The notes under the pieces are model-generated. The model was not told the DNA's origin and searched no databases. It saw only the letters and a list, made by a program, of their open reading frames with translations. The position numbers were made by a program, and so were the translations under genes. From contig CAZPJD010000225.1 of assembly GCA_964586775.1 (NCBI GenBank), forward strand, positions 464 to 64,463: DNA of 64,000 nt, given 5' to 3'. The stretch comes from an uncultured bacterium. Lineage in GTDB: Bacteria > Lernaellota > Lernaellaia > JACKCT01. Position 1 is the first letter of the stretch; each line of letters opens with the position of its first letter. Of the stretch, positions 57,611 to 64,000 are shown in pieces.

Positions 57611-60400
57611 CTACTCCTCCAACACGTCTGGATCGAGCGGGTCGGCCAGCCATTCGGGATCGACCAGCATGTAGAGGTTGTCCTCAATGATCTGGCCTTG
57701 GCTCTTGAGGAACAACGCGGCCTGACGGCGCGCGGCGATGGAATACATGATGGAGTAGGGGTCGAAGCGCGGGGCGAGCATGTACTCGTGGTTGTATCCC
57801 GGGTGCACGCGCCACGCCTGATGCGCCACGCTCTGCAACGGCAGGTTGCCGTTGGCGAACGACACGCGGATCTCGTTGAGCGCGCCGCGGTCGAGCAGAT
57901 TGTCCATGTGCCAATCGTCGATGACGCCCGCCGCGCGGATGATCGCCGTGCCCGCCTGCAGAGGAATCGCCGAGTCGGGCGAGCACACCTGCATGATGAA
58001 GTTCTTCGGGCCCGCCTCGGTCACCGGATCGAGGAACAGGTGCGGCGCGAAGCTGATGGGGTCGGACAGGCCGACGGCCCACTGCGCGTTGTCGATGAAC
58101 GAGCGCGCCTCGGGCGTGTTGCGATCGACGCCCAGGCCCCGGTACTCGGTGGCGAACTCGAACTTGCCGATGGGCTTCTCGGTCGCCGGATCGGTCACCG
58201 TCAGCCGCAGCCAGTCGCCCTTGTCCGCGCCCACCGCGATGGCGAAATTCCCCGTCGCGTCCACCGTCTTGTGCTTGATGACGCCGGTCTTGGTGTTTTC
58301 CATGCTGATGCGCTTGCCCGCCGCGAGGGGCACGTCGCCGATGAAGGTGTTGAACACCTCGCTGCCGAATTCGAGATCGAGCGCCTCGGCGTGATAGTTG
58401 AGGTGCGTCACGCCCTTGGCCGCGTCGGGCGTGCCGATGATCATGGGACCGAGCAGGTCGGCGCGCACGCCGTAGTTGACGTTGGGGATCGTCGTGCGCT
58501 GCAAAATGTCGGTGAGACCGCCGCCGGGCACGTTGAACACGGCGGACTTGATCTCGGGCTCCAGCGACACGAAGGGAATGCCGATCAGCGAGCCGAGGCT
58601 CATGCCGACGAACGAGATTTCACCGTCCGGCCCGGCCACGTCGAGCACGCCGTCGAGGTTGAAATCGCCCTCCTCCAGATCCAGCTTGCCGTTGCCGTTC
58701 CAATCCGTGCCCATGTTGCGCAGCACGCGCACGGCCTGGAAAAGATCGAACACGGTTTGGTGCGAGATCGCCACCGTGCGGAAGATGTCGGCCGAATAAA
58801 AGCTCTGGCCCGAGATGATGAGCCCGTCGCCGTCGAAGTCCGGCGTGCGCCCGTGCAGCATCGCGCCCAGGAACGTCTTGTCCTTCAGCACCTGCACCAG
58901 CTCTTTCGAATCGAGGCCGCTGATGTCGATGTTGGGGTAGAAGATCCCCATGATGATCTTGACAAGCAGGCTCGCCGGCACGTCGCCCAGCGGGCCGATC
59001 TCAAGGTCGTTGAAGCTGTCGAGCGCGTAGTAGATGGCGCTCACGTAAGTCTCGGGGCCGTGCTCCGCCGCGTCGATACCGATCGTCGCGATGCCCTGCT
59101 CGGCCATGTGGTTCGCCAGCGCCAGCATGTCGAGCCGGTTGCGGATGTTGGCGTGCTGGTGGAACGTGATCGGGTACGGCGGCTGCGCATAGTTGTTCTT
59201 GGCGCACGGCTTGGGCACCGCGATGTAGAACGGCACCTCCTCGGGCGCCCACTCGGCCTCGCCGGTTTCGTAGTTCACGTGAAAGACGCGGTCGTGCGTT
59301 TCGAGGAAGCTCGCGGTCGTGAACGATCCCGAGACGATGTAGTCCACGCTGTCGGTGCCGAACATGACGTCGAGCGGCACGTTCTGGCCGCCCTCGATGA
59401 ATCCGCCGATCAGATCCATGAAGCTGCCGAAGGCCCGCGCGTCCATGACGTAGTCGTTGCCGTCGGTCTCGGTGCCCATCGAGAACGGATCGAGCTGCGT
59501 GATCTTGGGGACGAGATCGTCGGCGAGGTAGTCGAATGGGCCCTCGCCGTGAAGTCCGCGCCGCAGCTCCTGCAAATGATCGGTGATCGTCGCCGTCGTG
59601 AATTCCCAACCAAACGCGATGTCCTCGGGATTCACGCCTTTTTTCGTCGCCAGAATCTCGGCGGCGTCGGTGAGCGAATCGAACTGCTCGGGGAACGTGA
59701 CCTTTTCAAAATAATCCGGCGGGCGCACCGGGAAACCGTTCTCGCCCTTCAGGCCGGTCGTCAGCACCACGGCGTATTTGCTGGCCTGCTTGAGCGGCAC
59801 GAGCGGGCGGATCAGCAGCGTGTTCGTCGCGTCCTCATACCACTCCACGCGGTTGTCCGCGGCGAAGATGACCGTGGGGTTGTCGGCGTTTTCGTCGTTC
59901 GGGAAAAACGCCTCGGGGTCCACCATGTTCTTGGGGTAGTAGCCCTTGCCCAGGTCGAGCTCGACGATGTCGCCGTAGTACTTGGAGTCGCGCTGCACGT
60001 TGACGAGGTAGATGTTCTCGTCGCGGATCGTGAACAGGTTGATCGGCATCGAGAACGACACGGCGACGTGCGAGAAGTTCGCGAAACCGTCGAGCTGACG
60101 AAGCCTCGAGCGCAGGTCGCGCCCGAGCTGCGTCTCGGCCTCCTGCGGAATGTTGACGCGAAGGCCGGTGCGCGTCGTCGGGTCGTCTTTGGCGAGGATG
60201 TTGTTGGGCTGCGGGATCAGCGAAATCGGTTTCGCGCCCGGCTCGAAGAGCACCTCGGGGCCGTCGCCGCCGGGGTTCTCGAAGTCGTAGCCCTCGGGCC
60301 GCTCATCGTCCGATTCGCCGCGGGTGCATCCCCCCGCCGTCACGAGCGCGAGCGCCAGCACCGCCAAACCTACCCACGACCAATTCGCTTTCACCACCAT
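57611..60400 (-). CDS. Large lipoprotein (about 929 aa) with alpha/beta-hydrolase-type nucleophile elbow (GMSLGS)
   Basis: Signal peptide and lipobox LVTAGGC. Start fixed at MVVKANWSW. FVGMSLGSLIG is a GxSxG context. Otherwise no family recognised. Confidence 0.5.
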   Translation of the reverse strand: MVVKANWSWVGLAVLALALVTAGGCTRGESDDERPEGYDFENPGGDGPEVLFEPGAKPISLIPQPNNILAKDDPTTRTGLRVNIPQEAETQLGRDLRSRLRQLDGFANFSHVAVSFSMPINLFTIRDENIYLVNVQRDSKYYGDIVELDLGKGYYPKNMVDPEAFFPNDENADNPTVIFAADNRVEWYEDATNTLLIRPLVPLKQASKYAVVLTTGLKGENGFPVRPPDYFEKVTFPEQFDSLTDAAEILATKKGVNPEDIAFGWEFTTATITDHLQELRRGLHGEGPFDYLADDLVPKITQLDPFSMGTETDGNDYVMDARAFGSFMDLIGGFIEGGQNVPLDVMFGTDSVDYIVSGSFTTASFLETHDRVFHVNYETGEAEWAPEEVPFYIAVPKPCAKNNYAQPPYPITFHQHANIRNRLDMLALANHMAEQGIATIGIDAAEHGPETYVSAIYYALDSFNDLEIGPLGDVPASLLVKIIMGIFYPNIDISGLDSKELVQVLKDKTFLGAMLHGRTPDFDGDGLIISGQSFYSADIFRTVAISHQTVFDLFQAVRVLRNMGTDWNGNGKLDLEEGDFNLDGVLDVAGPDGEISFVGMSLGSLIGIPFVSLEPEIKSAVFNVPGGGLTDILQRTTIPNVNYGVRADLLGPMIIGTPDAAKGVTHLNYHAEALDLEFGSEVFNTFIGDVPLAAGKRISMENTKTGVIKHKTVDATGNFAIAVGADKGDWLRLTVTDPATEKPIGKFEFATEYRGLGVDRNTPEARSFIDNAQWAVGLSDPISFAPHLFLDPVTEAGPKNFIMQVCSPDSAIPLQAGTAIIRAAGVIDDWHMDNLLDRGALNEIRVSFANGNLPLQSVAHQAWRVHPGYNHEYMLAPRFDPYSIMYSIAARRQAALFLKSQGQIIEDNLYMLVDPEWLADPLDPDVLEE

Positions 60401-60627
60401 CCCCCAAGCCGAAGCGCGCCCCACGCACGCGCGCATCGCGACCGATGCCCTTCGCGCGGGGGTCGTCACAGGGGCGAAAGTGTACCGCTCGCGCCAAGTG
60501 CTCGCAAGCCGTTTTGAAAGGTTATTCAAATGGACGGTGTGGCGCGGCCGAGCTCGGGGACATGCAGCGCGAAGCGATGCGTGTCCCCGACCGATCAAGC
60601 CAAGCGAAGCGAGACGGGGCGCGGGCC

Positions 60628-61368
60628 TCAGCCCGGCGTGCCCCCGTTCACGATCACGGGCAGCTTCGATTTCCAGTTGTTCCAAACATCATCGTTTGTG
60701 GCGAGATCGCACATGAAGTGCGCCACATTCGCCATGTTGGTGCTGCCGGGCGCGAAGAGGCTGTTCACGAGGCCCTCGTGCGTCGCGTAGGGCGTCACGT
60801 CGCCATCCAGCAGCGAGTCGGGCCGGAGGGCCACCCACTCGACGCACGGGTTCGCCTCGCCGATGCGCTGTATCAAGAAATCCGCCGCGCGCTGGTTGTC
60901 CTTTGCCGGCGGAACCAAGGCTCGGATCAGGCCGACCACCGCCCTCTCGAACGCGCCCCGGCGCGTGTCGAGCCCGCCCGGGCGATTGACCGAGACGCTG
61001 CTCATCAGGATGAACCGCACGGGCCGCGCGGGACGCGTCGCCTCGATCGCGCGGCACAGGCGCTCGGTCGCCCGCGCCACCAGATCGCGCGGCGGGCCGA
61101 AGACGCCCCTGAAGCTGAGGACGTGGCCGAGGCACGAGATCACCGCGACGCACCCGCTCGTGTGGCGCGAAAGCTCGTCGTCCGAAAGCGAGAGCAAATC
61201 GGCGACGATCACGTCGAGGTCGGCGTGCCCCGCCACGCCCGGCGGGAGCCGATCGGCGGAACGCACGATGGCGCGCACGCGAACGCCCCGGGCGAGGAGC
61301 TGCGTCAACACGCGCCCGCCCGTGCGCCCGGTGCCGCCGACGAGAAGAACGGGTTGTGGTGTGGTCAT
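60628..61368 (-). CDS. NAD(P)-binding oxidoreductase (NmrA/atypical SDR-like)
   Basis: N-terminal VLLVGGTGRTGGRVL Rossmann motif. 246 aa. Confidence 0.6.
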   Translation of the reverse strand: MTTPQPVLLVGGTGRTGGRVLTQLLARGVRVRAIVRSADRLPPGVAGHADLDVIVADLLSLSDDELSRHTSGCVAVISCLGHVLSFRGVFGPPRDLVARATERLCRAIEATRPARPVRFILMSSVSVNRPGGLDTRRGAFERAVVGLIRALVPPAKDNQRAADFLIQRIGEANPCVEWVALRPDSLLDGDVTPYATHEGLVNSLFAPGSTNMANVAHFMCDLATNDDVWNNWKSKLPVIVNGGTPG

Positions 61369-61530
61369 TTATCGAACCCCTCCGACCGTCTTGTAAGGCT
61401 CAATACACAAGTGCCGCAAGAGGTGGACCGGGGCGAGGCGCACGGATCACGCGCGATGTCGGCCTGACGCAACGTTTTTCGCGCGAATACCGCGGCGAAC
61501 CGGCTCGCGCTGGACGCCCCTCGTCGGCCT

Positions 61531-63096
61531 TCAGCGCGCGGAGGCCGGCGCCGGCGTTTTGGCCGGCGGCGCGTCGGCGCGTTCGCGCAGCCGCTCGAAC
61601 GCGCGTTCCACCTGCACCTGAACGTCGCGATACGACGCGAGGGGGTGGAAACCGACGGAAATGCGCGAGCCCTTTTCCACGATGGCGCTTTCGGCGCGGC
61701 GGGCCAGCTTGATCGCCTGAAGGTAGTAGCGGTTTTCGCGCAGCCAATTTCGGCCCACGCGCTTGGCATAGGATTGAATCGCCGCGCGGTAGAAGTCCAG
61801 CCGGAAGACCGACTTGATGCGTTCGCGCCACGAATAGTAGCAGCGGTGCGCGCGGATCTGGCTCCACTGCAATTCGGTCGGGCTGAGGCGTTGCGGCCGG
61901 AACACGACATGATGCCCGTCGTAAAAACTCCAGTCGCGCACGACGAGTCGATCCTCGCGCTCCAACTCGCGAAAGGTCTCGGTGCCGGGCATCGGCGTGA
62001 GGATCATGAACTGCGCGGTACGCAGCCGCTGTTTCATGGCGTATCGCCACGTGCGCCTCAGATCCGCTCCCGTGTCGGTGTCGAAGCCGAACACGAACAT
62101 GCCGTGGATGCCGATTTTGTGGCGGTGAATCGCCGCGATCGCGTTCGTGGCCTGCTCGCTCGTCTGGGCTTTTTTCATCAGGCCGAGCGTTTCGTCGGAA
62201 ATCGATTCGAACCCGATGTAGACGTGACGGCACCCGGCGGCGCTCATCAGGCGAAGGAATTCCTCGTCGCGGGCGAAGTCGATGCGCACCTGCGCGGACC
62301 ATCGCAGACCGGGGCACCGCTCGATCATCCCTTCCAGAATCCGCCGGGTACGCGGGATGTTCACGCAGAAGTTGTCGTCATAAAAGAACGCGAAATCGCG
62401 CTTGGGATCGCATTGCGCGACCTCGTTCAGCACGTCGTCGACGTCGCGATAGCGCATGCCGCGGCCGAACATGCGCGTGACGGAACAGAACGAACACGCG
62501 AACGGACAGCCGCGCGACGTCTGGATCGGTACGATACGCCAGCGCGTAACGCCGCGGCGCGCCTGGTAACCCTCAACGAGACCCATGTCGGGGATCGGAT
62601 TCGCGCGAAGGTCCACCGGCGTGAAATCCAGCGGGTTGTGGACGACTTCGCCGTCGCGCCGATATGAAAGCCCGGGCACGCCGTCGAACGGGCCGCCCGC
62701 TTCCCACGCGGTCATGAACGCCAACATCGAGCGTTCGGCTTCGCCCCGCAGGACGAAGTCGCAGTGCCGCAGAGCTTCCTCGGGCAGAAAAGTGACATGC
62801 GGCCCGCCCATGATGACGGGCACTCCGCGGGCGCGGATCTGCCGCGCCATTTCATAACCGCGCGGCGCGGTGGGGGTCAGGACCGAGATGGCCGCGAGAT
62901 CGGCGGACAGCACGGACTCGAAATCGATGTCGAGAATGTCCTCGACGTAAACGCGCGTGCGATGGCCGTGCCCGCGCAGGATCGTCGCCAACAGCACGGG
63001 ACCCAGGCGCGGAATCCCGAAGCCGGAGAAGATGTGCGAGTTCGGTGACCGGGGCTCGAGAAAAACGACGTTCGCCATGCGGGTACTTCCTGACAT
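61531..63096 (-). CDS. B12-binding domain-containing radical SAM protein
   Basis: N-terminal B12-binding-like domain. Radical SAM CxxxCxxC in TSRGCPFACSFCS. 521 aa. Start may be at MANVVF (63078). Confidence 0.75.
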   Translation of the reverse strand: MSGSTRMANVVFLEPRSPNSHIFSGFGIPRLGPVLLATILRGHGHRTRVYVEDILDIDFESVLSADLAAISVLTPTAPRGYEMARQIRARGVPVIMGGPHVTFLPEEALRHCDFVLRGEAERSMLAFMTAWEAGGPFDGVPGLSYRRDGEVVHNPLDFTPVDLRANPIPDMGLVEGYQARRGVTRWRIVPIQTSRGCPFACSFCSVTRMFGRGMRYRDVDDVLNEVAQCDPKRDFAFFYDDNFCVNIPRTRRILEGMIERCPGLRWSAQVRIDFARDEEFLRLMSAAGCRHVYIGFESISDETLGLMKKAQTSEQATNAIAAIHRHKIGIHGMFVFGFDTDTGADLRRTWRYAMKQRLRTAQFMILTPMPGTETFRELEREDRLVVRDWSFYDGHHVVFRPQRLSPTELQWSQIRAHRCYYSWRERIKSVFRLDFYRAAIQSYAKRVGRNWLRENRYYLQAIKLARRAESAIVEKGSRISVGFHPLASYRDVQVQVERAFERLRERADAPPAKTPAPASAR

Positions 63097-63246
63097 CGAC
63101 GGCGCCAGCGGGCCGGATATGCCGCCAGGTGGAAAACGCCCGTGGCATGCGGCCCGCTCAAGATGACGCGTTCTCCGATCGCCACCATTGTACGCGCATT
63201 TCGCCTCTTCGGCGCAAGTCTTGTTGCCCCGAGACCGCGCGCCCCG

Positions 63247-64000
63247 TTATCTCGACGGCGACCGACGCCGTTCGAATCGCTTGGGCGCGCCGGAGAAGCG
63301 CGACGGCGCGGACGGGCGGCGCGATTTGAGCGACACGTCCGGTTCGCCGCCGATCGCGCGGGTCTGCGCCACAGCCAGCGCCACGGCGTCCGGCTCGGGC
63401 GGGGCCATGCGCGCCTGGGGCAGATGCGCCGCGTTTTCGAGCGGCAGGCGCTTTTGAATCAGCTTCTCGATGGAGCGCAGCGTGGTGCGTTCGTCGGAGC
63501 CGCAAAACGACAGCGCAATGCCCGACGCCCCCGCGCGCGCGGTGCGCCCGATGCGGTGCACGTAGGATTCGGCGTCCATGGGCAGGTCATAGTTGACGAC
63601 GTGGCTGACCTCGTCGATGTCGAGGCCCCGGGCGGCGATGTCGGTGGCCACGAGCACGCGGGCCGCGCCGCTCTTGAAGGCGCGCAGGGCGTTTTCGCGC
63701 TGGCTCTGCGACTTGTTGCCGTGAATCGCGCCCGCGGCGATGGCGTAGCGCGACAGGTGCTTCACCACCTTGTCGGCGCCGTGCTTGGTCTTGGTGAAGA
63801 CGAGCGCCCGCGTCACGTCCTTCGTGTCCAGCACGCGCAGCAGCAGGCGGATCTTTTCGGGTTTTTCCACCAGATAGACCGACTGGCGAATGCGCTCGAC
63901 CGTCGTGGCCGGGGGTGTGACGGCGACGCACTCGGGCCGGTCGAGCAGGGTGTTCGCCAGCTCGCGGATGGCCGGCGGCATGGTGGCCGAAAACATCAAC
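63247..64000 (-). CDS. DEAD-box ATP-dependent RNA helicase, C-terminal portion (gene continues beyond window end)
   Basis: Motif III SAT (MMFSATMP). Helicase C-domain motifs (ALVFTKTKHGADK, HRIGRTARAG). Basic Arg/Ser-rich C-terminal tail. The N-terminus is off-window. Confidence 0.8.
   Translation of the reverse strand, partial: LMFSATMPPAIRELANTLLDRPECVAVTPPATTVERIRQSVYLVEKPEKIRLLLRVLDTKDVTRALVFTKTKHGADKVVKHLSRYAIAAGAIHGNKSQSQRENALRAFKSGAARVLVATDIAARGLDIDEVSHVVNYDLPMDAESYVHRIGRTARAGASGIALSFCGSDERTTLRSIEKLIQKRLPLENAAHLPQARMAPPEPDAVALAVAQTRAIGGEPDVSLKSRRPSAPSRFSGAPKRFERRRSPSR

Noticed and set aside
1-64000. Search for tRNA, rRNA and riboswitch-like structures in intergenic regions
   Set aside because: No intergenic region shows a cloverleaf-compatible pattern (conserved GTTC/TPsiC-like and CCA-proximal features) or recognisable rRNA/riboswitch consensus by eye. 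A tRNAscan/Infernal run would be needed to be definitive.

Overview
Very high-GC bacterial chromosomal segment. Content is consistent with a Myxococcota/Deltaproteobacteria-like genome: many lipoproteins, Myxococcus-type Cys-rich repeats, and long antisense ORFs typical of high GC. I support about 50 protein-coding genes and find no rRNA, tRNA or CRISPR.

Recognisable content:
- Cell-envelope polysaccharide genes: rmlD, a WbpM/PglF-like dehydratase, an NAD-epimerase, and GT39-like membrane proteins.
- A fatty-acid beta-oxidation pair, fadI-like thiolase and fadJ-like multifunctional enzyme.
- An nrfH-nrfA ammonia-forming nitrite reductase operon; NrfA has an all-CxxCH haem set.
- Housekeeping and transport genes: nadA, argS, tatA/B-tatC, and a rhomboid protease.
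- Two M24 aminopeptidases.
- A methyl-accepting chemotaxis protein.
- A radical SAM/B12 enzyme.
- The C-terminal end of a DEAD-box helicase that runs off the window.

Accessory and mobile items:
- A REP-associated tyrosine transposase (RAYT). A tandem array of four REP hairpins lies upstream and an inverted REP pair lies downstream.
- A BrnT/BrnA toxin-antitoxin pair next to a YgbA-like gene (the nitrous-oxide-stimulated promoter family).
- Two orphan HicB-family antitoxin genes.
- A YhcG-type PDDEXK nuclease carrying an internal duplicated palindromic insert.

The most unusual signal is a recurring secreted-protein architecture. Four lipoproteins carry poly-Asp tracts immediately after the lipobox Cys (C-G-G-D5+). 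Four unrelated exported proteins end in a Thr-rich linker, then a poly-Asp linker, then a terminal Gly/Cys motif. Two of these share an identical DDDDDGCGC-COOH terminus encoded by different codons. This looks like an undescribed C-terminal tag or anchoring signal.

A second candidate system is an orphan ParA ATPase translationally coupled to a small membrane protein with a basic disordered N-tail. It is followed in the same orientation by a polytopic HExxH/TPR membrane protein, an MBOAT O-acyltransferase and a GNAT.

One reading caveat: at least one printed sequence line appears to have dropped a base. All coordinates follow the supplied ORF track.
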